Origin: Laetmonice hystrix
Taxonomy: Eukaryota
Assembly (NCBI GenBank): GCA_965235115.1
Contig: OZ249436.1
Span: 58,900,001-58,964,000, forward strand
Length of the DNA stretch: 64,000 bases
Direction of reading: 5' to 3'
Shown: positions 1 through 12,661 of the stretch, one piece after another
Layout of the letters: the number at the start of each line of letters is the position of its first letter
Position numbering within the stretch: position 1 is the first letter of the stretch
Notes under the pieces: model-generated
Told to the model about the DNA's origin: nothing
The model's database searches: none
What the model saw: only the letters and a program-made list of their open reading frames with translations
Made by a program: the position numbers and the translations under genes

Positions 1-1135
1 AAAGCCACTCGGAACCCAAGCAGTCTAAGGGCCGTGGCTAACCGCGGGAGGCATCCCTTGACGTAGATGGCACCGGTGGTGAGGTTTGTGGTGGTCATGA
101 CGGCTGTGGAACACGTTTCTGGCGGCTTTGACGGGTGATTCTGGGGGTCCTTGACGGGTGTGATGGTTCTGGGGTCCTTGACGGGTGTGATGGTTCTGGG
201 GTCCTTGACGGGTGTGATGGTTCTGGGGTCCTTGACGGGTGTGATGATTCTGGGGTCTATAACTGCTGGGGTAGTTCTGTGGTCCTTGACGGATGAGTCG
301 GTGCTGGGGTCTATAACTGCTGGGGTGGTTCTGTGGTCCTTGACGGATGAGTCGGTGCTGGGGTCTATAACTGCTGGGGTAGTTCTGTGGTCCTTGACGG
401 ATGAGTCGGTGCTGGGGTCTATAACTGCTGGGGTAGTTCTGTGGTCCTTGACGGATGAGTCGGTGCTGGGGTCTATAACTGCTGGGGTAGTTCTGTGGTC
501 CTTGACGGATGAGTCGGTGCTGGGGTCTATAACTGCTGGGGTAGTTCTCTGGTCCTTGACGGATGAGTCGGTGCTGGGGTCTATAACTGCTGGGGTGGTT
601 CTCTGGTCCTTGACGGATGAGTCGGTGCTGGGGTCTATAACTGCTGGGGTGGTTCTGTGGTCCTTGGCGGATGAGTCGGTGCTGGGATCTGCTGGGGTGG
701 TTCTAGGATCCTCGACGGCTGTGGGAGTTTGGGTTGCCCTGATGGCCGTGGTGGTTTGGGTCGCCCTTACGGCCGCAGTGGTTTGGGTCGCCCTTGACGG
801 CTGCGATGGTTTGGGTCGCCCTGCCGGCCGAGGTTATTTGGGTCGCCCTGCCGGCCGAGGTTATTTGGGTCGCCCTGCCGGCCGTGGTTATTTGGGTCGC
901 CCTGACGGCCGTGGTTATTTGGGTCGCCCTGACGGCCGTGGTTATTTGGGTCGCCCTGCCGGCCGTGGTTATTTGGGTCGCCCTGACGGCTGTAGTTATT
1001 TCGGTCGCCCTGCCGGCCGTGGTTATTTGGGTCGCCCTGACGGCCGTGGTTATTTGGGTCGCCCTGACGGCTGTGGTTATTTGGGTCGCCCTGACGGCTG
1101 TAGTTATTTGGGTCACTATGACGGCCTTTGATGCC
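1..1135 (-). CDS. Possible Thr/Pro/Asp-rich mucin-like exon, running off the window's left end, with one frameshift near 794
   Basis: The minus frame reads (TAVRATQIT)n and then, after a 1-nt insertion at ~794, (RTTPAVIDPSTDSSVKDH)n, (RTITPVKDP)n and TAVMTTTNLTT, with no stop to position 1. All repeat units are multiples of 3. A candidate acceptor (aaccttcag|G) lies at 1136. No homology evidence; it could be a non-coding VNTR. Confidence 0.35.
147..254. repeat. 27-bp tandem repeat, ~4 copies (gtccttgacgggtgtgatggttctggg)
   Basis: Units start at 147, 174, 201 and 228. Confidence 0.95.
252..683. repeat. 54-bp tandem repeat, 8 copies
   Basis: Unit ggggtctataactgctggggt(a/g)gttct(g/c)tggtccttgacggatgagtcggtgct starts at 252, 306, 360 ... 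630. Confidence 0.95.
728..1116. repeat. 27-bp tandem repeat, ~14 copies (gggtcgccctg(a/c)cggccgtggttattt)
   Basis: Directly visible. One unit near 781-808 is 28 bp (extra T). It shares the cct(t)gacgg core with the two adjacent arrays. Confidence 0.95.
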
Positions 1136-2089
1136 CTGAAGGTTTGTCAAAACATTGCCTCAGGATTTCTACAGCCGTATAGGTACCGACAGAACACAAC
1201 ATATCTCACATAAACCACTAGGAATTTGGACATGGGTAGGTCCTCATATTTACCTGTCATATATGTATTGATCTGCCCAACAACGAGGCAAATCTCACAT
1301 GTTACACCTGCCTACTCAATGTATTGGGAAATGTTCTGTCAGCACCTTTACTGTCTCTCAGGTAAACAGATATCATAGGTTTCTCAATACAAATTTCATA
1401 ACGGGTCGTGGCGGTATAAATAACAATTCGTGAAGAGGAATACGAACTCACTTCAGGTTCCAAGGCAAACATTGCATAATGATAAGCCTGCATGTTGAAA
1501 GAAAAATATTACTAATTATGTGGTGGAATTGTTTTTCAAAGTCTAGTTTCAGCCGTTCGTTGGTTATTATGTAATTAGCTTTGCTTTTTGATCCTTCACA
1601 TTCCAGAAGTGTTGAATTCAGTCGGAACTAGTGTATTTTTCAAATATAATTTAGGGCTGAAAGATTTGTGATTATTTCATGTTCCATATCAGTTAATTCT
1701 TTGTAATATATTTCAATATAACAAACTCCGTTCTGTACCGAAGGTGCTGGTGTTTTTACAGAAGAGGCAGTAGATCTGGATGCGGTGAGATAAGGATGGA
1801 CCGTGCCAGGTATACCCGCCACCTGTATACAGCAATGGCCGCCCAGATCCCCGGATGTGTCACCTGAGACCTGGCAGACCGCTGCTGCATCCCCTCACAA
1901 GGGGGCGCTGCCTAATCCCTGGACATGACGCTCGCCAGCTTTCCCATCGCTGTTACATGACAAACTGCTTACTTTGCTGTTCGTATTAACGGCTAGGCTC
2001 TCCTTTGCTAGAGTCGCTGCTTCTCGCATACGTGCACATAGCCGGTCTTAAATGCAGGGACTATCCGTTAATTTCGACTTCTTTATTTA

Positions 2090-2660
2090 TCTTTCACAAT
2101 AAAAATGGCCCTACCTCGCCATTGACATTCAAATTTGCCCGGAAACCACCTTAGGGACAGATAAAATCAAAGCAGCTGTTTAATTTCATGAAGCACATTG
2201 TCAGTTACATCAGGTCTGATTAAGAGAAGGCAGCTGAGATGAGAAATGTTGGCTGCTGGTTGATTCAGAAAAATAGCAAAGCAGATTGAAATGTAATTTG
2301 TTAAAGTATGGTTTTTCCACCTGCTTCGTTGTCAGCAGGACACGTGCATTCCGCCAATATGATTTTTCTTATTCGTAAATCTCTTTATTAGAAATGAAAA
2401 TTCACTTTGAAACACTGAGCCCACCACATCAGGGTAAGAACTGAGCTTTAAATTTGTTCGGACCATTGGCAGAATTTGTTCCACCGAATTGTATGACCGA
2501 TACAAGAAGCTCTGTACTGGATTTATGCATGCACGCATGGAGAAGTCCAATACGGTCCTGTATAATATCCTTGTAGCGGTACTTGATGCTGACTTGACAC
2601 AGGCCAGTACTTGAAGGAATAAAACGAATGGGGGAAGAGACATCTGATGTGAATCCATAA
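2090..2660 (-). mobile_element. Possible decayed Penelope-like retroelement (RT C-terminal region and GIY-YIG-like fragment)
   Basis: Interrupted minus-strand frames give ...RACINPVQSF...EQIL...NLKLSSYPDVV, then KPYFNKL, then GKFECQW. These loosely resemble, in the right order, the Penelope RA..CS...L..NGYP, LPY and VYKF-x-C-x-C motifs. Weak, by-eye match. Confidence 0.25.
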
Positions 2661-3440
2661 ATCACATTCCGGATACGCCGGCGGGCAGGCAGAGCGGCGG
2701 CCGCCGCCACCTCCATGAGAGGCGGCCGACATATCTACTGGAGGCGGACGTCGGGCCGCTGAGTCCCAGCTGCAACATGTTCGAGTCATACGATCACGTC
2801 CCAGCTCAGGCTGGGCTTTTTCAAGGCCACATCGATGGTGTATGACCGTCCTAGAGAGCACCGGCAGGTGGCGGGTCCTGGTAGAGGTACCGCCGAGTCG
2901 TACCGACCAGAGAACGTTGCCAGCAGGAGTCGGTGGGGACTTCCTCCCGGAACGCTCTCAGCCACAATCTAATACCCATAGATGGATAGTCTTCCCCAAA
3001 CACTAATGGCACTGAGTAGCGATGGTTCAATGTGGAATTGTGAGGGTAATTGTTTTGAACTCATCGTCCTCCAACAACACCCAGCTGGAATGTCGCCTGC
3101 CTGCTTTGTAACCCTCGGTGGCTGTGGGGACAACGTCTGAAATTGTTCTCCAACTTTCTCAAGGCACCTCTCTACAGTTGAAGGACCGCTGAGAATAGCA
3201 AAGAAATTACGTTTGAGGAGAAAATGTCGTGCCGATCGTGATCGCAGCATATATATACGCTTTCCAGACATTATTTAGCTATGTGCTTCAGGCCTTCTGG
3301 GAGGTTATAAAGGCATAACCTTCTGTTGCTATTAAGCATAAAAATGGCAGGCATTTTTGTGTTCGCTCTTCCAGCAACTCAGGTTACATGTCCATAGTAA
3401 ACTGAGTAGTAAAAAGTTTTACTTCCCAACTAAGCCCGTG

Positions 3441-3635
3441 TTCCACTAAGCCGATTTACATCCGATCGGTCATCCGATTTTCTTAACTTTTGAAATATTG
3501 GTAATTTGTGTCATCAAATCATTAAAGGACATTTAATTTGTAAAGATTAGATATATATTTTTCGTCGGCCGCAAATATCAGATACATTTTATCGTCAATC
3601 GGATGGCCGATCGGATGTAAATCGGCTTAGTGGAA
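3441..3635. mobile_element. MITE with 38-bp terminal inverted repeats (Tourist/Harbinger-like)
   Basis: 3441-3478 (ttccactaagccgatttacatccgatcggtcatccgat) matches the reverse complement of 3598-3635 at 37 of 38 positions, with an AT-rich interior. The outer ends are degraded and no clean TSD is seen, so the family call is tentative. Confidence 0.8.
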
Positions 3636-5223
3636 TCCAGCACCGCAGCGGGCCAAATCTAAAGTCTGCGTTTAAACTGCACATGTTACCTGCTCTTTAA
3701 AGAGGTAAACAATATCGTACACAATGTCTACTTCGCTGACAGTTTATCTCTTTTGTGTGTGTCTGACTTATTTAAACCAAAGGTTCTACTTATTCTTTGC
3801 TTTAACCAAAGCTAAACGTAAGCCAATGGAGACGTCGTCAAAACTGCGCATTTTCCCGTCACACATTGATTGCACATTCTATAGACCTCTCTACAACGGT
3901 ACAATGAGTAGACTTCACAGATTCGATCAGTGTACATATTCTATGGCATGCTATTTTATACCTCAACAGGCGTAGAAGTATATCACAACAGGCAAACGAA
4001 GAAACTTTTGAGCTAATCCTTCGCCCAAGATGTCATGTTTCACAGACGTAACAACTGACAAGACTGAAACGAATGTGTACGCTATGCACGTACGTCCCAT
4101 GTATACTATACATACAGTCCTCCTAGCGGATATGGTAATATCTTACCTTTAGTTCCCCATTCTCTATACCTGTATATCATCTCATTTTTTGCACTTATTG
4201 TGGAGATCCGTGCATGGAGACTGGCTAATCAAAGTGTTGTCTGCTCCCATTGTCTCCTATGAAGGGTTTAATTGGTTGATCCATCATGATAAGACGGTAA
4301 TTAGTTATTTACAATATGCAGGAAGTTATAGTCTGCACTATTCCTCATTAGGCTGTAACGGAAAATTTAATTGCTACGATATTATACATCGTGGTTTCCA
4401 TCCCTAAGCGGCCACCTATAATTTCATGGAGAGAGGTATTAATGGAGGTCAGCTGGATTTGTCAAAGGTAATACAGTTTGAAAAAAGTATTTAGAGAAAC
4501 AAAGCGCAGTTTCTTTCAAAGTCTAGGCTGTTACTGATCGACTCCGTCATGAGAAAATGCAATAATTCAGACTTAAATTCCTCTAACAACAGTCGACGGT
4601 TATTGCCTTTCCACTGGTTTATTACAGCTGTGCATGTTCATGCAGACAGCCGTACTTTATCACATTGAAGCCAGTCGAAAGTCAAACTTAAATAGCGCAA
4701 TCTCAGAGAATCTCGTGTGTGCTGACCATTTTGTTAATGTGATTATACTGAACAGTCACACTAAACAACGTTCTCTAAGAAGTAAAACTGATGCCAAAGC
4801 ATACCTGCAACATCTTCTTAACCTTCCATATTACAAATAATGTCGAGAAATTAAATCACAGTAAATGACGCTGCCACGAATACAGTCTGCCTACTTATAA
4901 TAATGATATTACTGGATTTTGACAGGCCCGGTTAACAGTCGCTTAAAGCTAAAGAAGTCTCCTTATCTGATTTGATAAAGCCCGTCATTGAGGTCCATCA
5001 AAATTCCTTGCATGCGATTTTATTTCAGAAGGGAATCAAAAATTGGAAATCACTAGCTTTGGGTAATGAGAAGAGGAGATGATAGTAGCTAGGCGCGTCA
5101 TATTATTAAGTTAATGAGGGACACGTGCACTGAGACTATTGAGCACATCTGCAGACAATTGAGTGAATGCTGTGAGAGGCGAGAGCACGTGTCGCATGAT
5201 TCCATCACACATTACAAAGCTAA

Positions 5224-5884
5224 ACCTCATCCTGTCCCTCCTCTCACTGAACCTGACCCTCATCCTGTCCCTCCTCTCACTGAACCTGGCCCTCATCCTG
5301 TCCCTCCTCTCACTGAACCTGGCCCTCATCCTGTCCCTCCTCTCACTGAACCTGGCCCTCATCCTGTCCCCTCTCTCACTGAACCTGGCCCTCATCCTGT
5401 CCCTCCTCTCACTGAACCTGGCCCTCATCCTGTCCCTCCTCTCACTGAACCTGGCCCTCATCCTGTCCCTCCTCTCACTGAACCTGGCCCTCATCCTGTC
5501 CCCTCTCTCACTGAACCTGGCCCTCATCCTGTCCCTCCTCTCACTGAACCTGGCCCTCATCCTGTCCCTCCTCTCACTGAACCTGGCCCTCATCCTGTCC
5601 CTCCTCTCACTGAACCTGGCCCTCATCCTGCCCCTCCTCTCACTGAACCTGGCCCTCATCCTGTCCCTCCTCTCACTGAACCTGGCCCTCATCCTGTCCC
5701 TCCTCTCACTGAACCTGGCCCTCATCCTGTCCCTCCTCTCACTGAACCTGGCCCTCATCCTGTCCCTCCTCTCACTGAACCTGGCCCTCATCCTGTCCCT
5801 CCTCTCACTGAACCTGGCCCTCATCCTGTCCCTCCTCTCACTGAACCTGGCCCTCATTCTGTCCCTCCTCCCACTGAACCTGGC
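5224..5884. repeat. 33-bp minisatellite, ~20 copies (gaacctggccctcatcctgtccctcctctcact)
   Basis: Near-perfect tandem array. It explains the three long ORFs at 5111-5942. Confidence 0.97.
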
Positions 5885-6401
5885 AGGACTCGGTGTGGAC
5901 TATGTGCTCTTGTCTCCGCCTAATCCATCAACTCTACCATAGACCAACTGGTATTATCATATCAATGGTAGGTCTACACTCTTCCAGAAGTCGGAATTTA
6001 TTATTTTAACTACCATGCAGTTAACACACAATAACGTTCACAATGCAATTACCAATAGATGGATACTGCATTAAACTGTCGCGCTACTTCAATCATAAGG
6101 CTAAACGTGACCAGAATTTGTTGTCAGGAGTGAGCCTACGTCGGAATAACTAAATCTTGTAACATATTTTATTTTTCTTAGAACATGTATCGGTGCAGAA
6201 CATCGGAGTACTCGGCTCTGACGCTAAAGCGCCTAATCTCACACGCACCTACTGAAGACCCCCTCCTGTGATGTATATTAGGGCTTTGACAAACTGATCT
6301 ACGGCATAAGACAATAAATGGACAGTCTTCAACCGTGGCCATGGGCATCTAGCGGGATTTACGCCGCTGTATTATGGTCATTAAATGACCATTTTACATT
6401 A

Positions 6402-7076
6402 TACCCCCATCACACTAGATGAAGACCTTACGGCGACCACGGCGACCTAGCACATCGCCGTTGGTCGCCGTCAACATCGAAAAACCCCTCCAAGTGTGAC
6501 TGCAATGCCGCTCCCACCCCACTGCCACGACGTGGAAAAAAATCAATTCTCGGACGATTTAGGCCGTCCCTACCACGTCGTATGGCGTTGCTACCACGTC
6601 CTATACGATCACACTGCGCTCACTGCGCAGAAAGAGCGCAGCTCTGACGTCATGAGCGCGGCGATAGTACCGTGCGCAGCGTGTAAAGGGCTCATTAGGG
6701 TCACCGACGTCTCGGTAGCATCGTGGTAAAGGCGCCGGGCCAGCGCCAGGGTACGGGAAGGCCGATGCTACACCGTTCACTGGCGCTCGACCTGCGCTCT
6801 CAGGAATCTGGTACTGCGTTCCTAGGACGCTGATGGTGATCGCATTTCGATCTAACTGCGCTTTTAGATCCACGGCGACCCTGCGGCGTAAATTTTGTGC
6901 ATGTTCAAAATTGGTCGCCGCTAATGGCGCTCATGGTGACCATATGACGACCCAGGGAGACACTATCTCGCTCCTACGACGCTCAGAAGGACCTCAGGGC
7001 ACTCTATCCGCGCTCTACGGCGATCTGGCCCATTTTCTGGAGCGCAGCTAGATCGCCTTCTAGTGTGATGGGGGTA
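6402..7076. mobile_element. PIF/Harbinger-type MITE, 675 bp, TTA target-site duplication
   Basis: Perfect 18-bp TIRs: TACCCCCATCACACTAGA (6402-6419) and TCTAGTGTGATGGGGGTA (7059-7076). Flanked by TTA on both sides (6399-6401 and 7077-7079). The interior is CpG-rich and non-coding with repeated ggcgacc/gtcgcc motifs. Confidence 0.88.
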
Positions 7077-8329
7077 TTAAGAAATATGTGAGGTTGTTTT
7101 CAGTATATCAATTTCCCTATGCGATTGGTCTGGAATAGACTAGCCCCTGCTCCTCAAATAATGACTAGACTCATGATAAATATCAATTGTATACACAAAC
7201 ATACGTGACTAGTTCGATTCTCAAAAAAGGTCACATGGAAACAACCACTAGGTGGCGCTAATTTTCTTATCAGTTCGCTCCACCAGGTAGCAAGTTATGC
7301 AGTGTATATTCACTATTTAAATCATGAAACACCTCCTAAATTCACTCAATTACATTATACTTTGAAATAATGTTGTAGCTCCTATGTCAGTGACAAGCAT
7401 GGGGGGTTAACGCCTTCTAAGACTAAGCGTATCAATATAGCTTTATTTTAGCCCCAGTGATAAAGAATTTTCGTAAAGAAATCCATGAAATATTTCAATT
7501 CACAAATCCTATGCTACAAAACTGGCACAAACCCGCCTCAGCCCTTATCATATTAGCTCTAGACTGCTTGCCATACCGTTTTCATGTTTCAATTCACGTA
7601 TCTCTTAATATTTAATACCGATGTAATCCAAGGAGAGGCCAATATGACCTATACAGAATAATGAAATATGGAAACACTTTGTGTTACCAGATACTCTGAT
7701 CTCTTTGTTCTGCCCGCTATATCCAATTGTTGTTCAGGGAATATAGAATTCACAGTACAATGTCTCGCGACAACTCTACATCTGCGTCGCGATTTATTTG
7801 AAATCGTATAAATATAGCGCTAGATTCAGATGGAAATATACTGACCTCCTATTTAAAATTTTGAACAGATAATTGTTTCGATGGCTGGGCACATCCCCAG
7901 TATATCTATTTTCAGTGTTCACTGAATGTGAAAGGGGGAGCTCCTGTGCTATAGACTGCTGAACATCATGCATACATAGGACGCATGATTCCCAATGTAT
8001 AGCTGGTTATCTTATATCTTAATTATAGGGCAGTCTGAAGTCTAGGGCAGTTCTCGTGGATCTTTCTTTCGTTAATACTCCGAATACGTCTCAGCAAGTG
8101 TCAATCTCCCTTTTGATCGTGCCTTCATTCGTGTTTTCCTGTTTCCACTGGGTCATCTGGTTGGCTAATTAATGGAGGCCATCTTTGTATTGAGGTAATG
8201 GATTTTGGTTGAGTGAATCCGGCAGGCTGTAGAAGTGGCACGTGGTTGAGAACAAATACTTGGCGTTGAGGCACTCAGGGATAACTGATGGCAGGGAAGC
8301 AGGAGCTGGGACGAGTTGTGATCAAAGAA

Positions 8330-8780
8330 CAGTGGTAAAGTCTTATTGTAGGCTTGATGCTAAGACTGCCGTCCCAGGCTCTGACTCCAGCTGCTGCTTG
8401 TGTAAATACATCAGGTGAGACGCTTTGCTGGCCGAGATTTGAGACATTTTAATCGAACCAAACTCGATTGATTCCTCACTGCAACATTTCCTTTCTCTTT
8501 CAGAGAACGAATTGTTGGAATTCAAACGCAATGAAGTGAAGGCATGATGAGCACTGTAGCAAGCATGGGTACCGGAGCATTGTTACAGTAGTGGTGGAGG
8601 TACAAAAAATGGATATTGATTCCGAACACGGAAACCACATTGCTCGTCATCGAGCCTCCGATACCATCGCAGATTATGTGATTGCCGCACGTCCTAATTG
8701 GCTTGCAAGAGGATCACCGGCAGAACACAACAACAAATTATCTCTTGATTCCCTGTTAATTGGCTGTGCATGGAACAAAT
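8330..8780 (-). mobile_element. Decayed non-LTR (LINE, possibly RTE-like) reverse-transcriptase fragment
   Basis: The minus frame contains WYRRLDDEQCGFRV, resembling the LINE RT motif L-x-x-EQ-x-GFR. Stops follow, and the boundaries are approximate. Confidence 0.35.
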
Positions 8781-11700
8781 CCAGGTGGACAACAATCTAC
8801 TTCACATCCCCCTGGACTCTACTGTCAATTCTTATAGACTTTTAATATCGGCCGTGTAAAAACTTTAAACACGGAGCAGTAATAAGACATGATGATAGTG
8901 TCATTACATTGAGAGGAGCATTCAGGCAGAGAACGTGAATAGCAAGAAGGTTATATAGGTTCTTTGATTCAGGGCATTTTTTACACAAAGTTGTGAATGT
9001 CAGCATTATTTCATAAAAGAAAATATATAAGTTTGCAGATGTTTGGAGGAAGCAGAACTTTTACTTTACGTAAAATCATCAGCAGATATGTTGAGTGTTT
9101 TAATTAAATCACTCGTACGTATCTGATATTGCAATAAACGTATATATTAGAATGTTTTACGTCCGTTACAATGATTTTTCCCGCCAACATCAACATACTA
9201 AAATATGGTGATGAGGCCATAATGTCCCTAACGGAACACTATTGAATTGCTCTAACTATATGAAAAAAGCTTGAATCACAGTACAAAATGTAAACTTAGA
9301 GATGAAAACATATGCTGACATTATCATATGTTTGTCCATTAGTAGAACATTACTGCTTTAAATGGTGATCTTAACGATATGCTCATGTCAGTGGCACAAT
9401 ATTGCAATTTATCGCAAGGCTTCTATCTCAATTTACACAAATATAAAGATTCATCTTTATTTATTTCTAGCTTTTTCAATTCACATCGGCCATTCTTTTC
9501 TGACTTATCATATACCGGTATTAGAGTTGCAATGTACATCAGCATTGCCAGAATTGCCGCCATATAAAAACACTATGTATGAATACATGTTTTCAGGGAA
9601 CTACGTCCATTTCTTAAATATTCTTTTATTAATCACAAACCACTGTAATGATAAACGTTCAGTATAAAACATCCCATATGAAAGTGGGACCTGCTGCGCT
9701 TAGTCACTGGTTGTTTTTCTTGGCTTATACGGTTCTTACATATAAATATGTATATCTAATACATACACAATGGAATAATTATAACTCTAACTTCCGCCAA
9801 ATAAGATTTTTCACTAAAAATTAATAAAAACATATAAACTACAAAAATAAATAGACAAACTCATTATTATTCAAATAATCAGCGCTAGAGACAAGTTTCT
9901 TTTACCTGGCCTGATTTGTAAAAATAATACAATATAACATTTTATGCAGTCTCACAGCTCGTCTAATGGGCACTTCTGTCACTTCTGAGTCTGAGACTAA
10001 TATTCACGTCTGGTACCGAAGTCAGTGATACTGTCTTTCTCTCTTTTACCAATCAGTCATCAAGTTCCCCCTGGTTTTCATAATGCTGTCTGTTTGGTCA
10101 CTTCCCCTTGACCACCATCCATTAGACAATATCTTATCTTTCCGATGGAATGGCCGGAGGCTAGAGAGTGAGGAATCCAGGAGAATGACCACTTGGCTGG
10201 CAAGCCAAATTGTTATGTTATTGGACTTGGTCATTTATGAGCCAACATGTAAATCCTTTTACCAGCACGGACTTGGACAATAAATCAAAAGGGAGGTCTT
10301 TGCACTTGTCATAAATAACCGTTGACCCCACACCCTAATGGACCTCACGGGTTGGATTTTCGTGTGGTATCTTTGTACTACTAACTGAACTTGATCATGA
10401 TTTAGGTACACTGCACCTTGGTATTTTATGAACAGAGCAAAGGTTATTTCTTTTAGACGTTAAATTACAATATTCAATTCACGGGAAAATTGACAATTTC
10501 CCCCAAGATCGTATGTGCCGTCTATGTCATCAGAATATACAGGGAAACTCATGCCATTCACAGAAACGGTCAGGCTACGGGCACTCTTCAAGAAATAGCT
10601 AAACCTTCTACAACCAGTATATTCATTAAATGGGTGTGGTCTAGGGAAATGCAAATTGTAAGAGATTACATGCCCGTTTTCTTTTATAATGGTTTAGGAT
10701 ATCAAGCTTGAAGTGCATGTCTGTGTGTTCAACTCTGTGTGTTCTTCACAGGACCAAAGAGATGTTCAATGAAAGAAGAACCCCCACCTTGATGGCGTTG
10801 GAACTTGGTTCTTATCCGTTCCATATAGGCCTATGTACATTTAATGTGCGTTTGATTATATCGCGGTCAAAATATTTCATGACTGCAAATAAATAGTTTG
10901 ATAAGGGCAAAAATCGTGGTCAAAAATCGGTTCCTGGTATATTTAAAGATAAAAGTTAACAATAGAATTTTCTCCTCTGGTGTGTGCCTAACTCGCTCTT
11001 TCATTTCAACCCGCACGACTTTTCTAGGGAGGGGTTATTATTGCACTACAAGCTTCTGTATCTGCATCAGGTTGTCTATGTGCGTGCCATTCGCCAAGTT
11101 CAGGCTGGGGTCATCCAATGGACCTGGATTGTTTGACATGAATACGTCAGTGCCAGTGACAACCCTCACCTCGGAGGTACCCCAGGGAGCACTTTGGGCC
11201 CACCGCCGATGGGGCAATGGTCAGTATATGTTGCGTGAGGGCAATACCGCCGGCAATCTAAATCGAGTTGGTGCAATGTGGTCATCCGACGTCAGTGCCA
11301 TTCTAGCCTTCCTCATGTAATTTTCCAGCCCAAAGACGGGCCGGACTGTCGCACTGCCACCTTCCCCAGCCAGCGCTCGTGACATAGTTTCCCAATTATG
11401 AACACAGATCTGGCAGAATAGGAAAGAGTGGATTGTCATTCTGGGGCTCGGTGAAGGCTCGGACGTCGGGGGAGGGGGACACGGGTGTGGCCAAATGGAG
11501 CAACGCGTCCACAATTGTGTTAGCAAGTGTTCCAAGGTGTGGAGGAAATCAGTAACAAGCTCCAACATGATGTGTTCATTTGGACGTGACAGGAAAGCGA
11601 GGGGTCGAGAGCGTTGGTCGCCGACTGGCGCCGACAGGCTTGGGTGAAGGTGGCTGCCAGTCTGCTCCATGGAGTGGACGTCACGGCCACGTGGCCACCG

Positions 11701-12619
11701 CCCGCCCGTCCCCCCCCCCGGCCTGCTGGGGTCTCTCCATCTATCCGGACACGTTTACTGAACTCTTAACATACACACACTCGCCATTTAATGGTGGATC
11801 TATCTACCGGCGTTTATTTACTAATCTAGGCTTACACCACCTATCTGAACTCATGAAGTCCTTCCCATCTAACTATCCACCCTTCCTATTCATGGATATA
11901 TCGTCCTCGTTAAAACCATATACTTCTGTAATTCACATCTAAAGGCTAGTAAAGCGTCCCAGAAGGTAGGCAGATCTATGGTTTAGCCCTTTTTATTGAA
12001 GTTCAGTTTATAACAAACAATATTCATGCCTGTGTGACATCCCACACATCATACAGATCGTACAATCATACTGCTGGACTCTAAACCACATTTTTGCTGA
12101 CCTAGCCTGACCTCTGATGTCGACTTCCGGTACATGTAGATGGGGCTGGTATATCCCTTCTATACTAGTTGCCCTGTCACGAAATGACCCACATTATAGA
12201 ATTAGCAGGAGCCAAATCATATCTTGTATAAAAAGTAGATCTATACATGTGAGACTTGTAACTAATGAGACTAAAACTACATGGAACAGTCAACTGATAT
12301 TTTCTTTACCCCGGGCAAACAAGACTGCAGTCTAAGTTGGGGGCTATCGCTGTCCTTCACCAGTTTCAATGCATATCAAATCAACTAGAACATTTCAGTT
12401 TTCTACTTGGGACGCTTCCAGACAAACAATAGGATTTGGGAGAAAGGACGTGTTACCATTCAAGGTAACAGTACGAGAAACATTTTGACAGTGGCTTCCC
12501 GCTGGCTCGGAGAGGGCGCTGCGTAACGTGCGAGTGTTAGTGGCGAAGTCAGCCAGCAGGCTGCAGGACGACTGGCGGACACTGGTGACATCAGTCATCG
12601 CCTACCGGCGGCCGCCCTG

Positions 12620-12661
12620 CCAGCCAAACCAGCCTGCCAGCCAGCCAGCCAGCCAGCCAGG
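12620..12661. repeat. (CCAG)n microsatellite
   Basis: Imperfect ccag tetranucleotide run. Confidence 0.8.

Noticed and set aside
151-1213. Plus-strand ORFs 151-1131 (326 aa) and 794-1213
   Set aside because: They are antisense or alternative readings of the tandem arrays, with alternative starts and a composition that switches abruptly at the 794 indel. There are no domain features.
8505-8549. Plus-strand acceptor followed by ENELLEFKRNEVKA** as a terminal exon
   Set aside because: No supporting upstream exons, and it overlaps a probable minus-strand LINE remnant.
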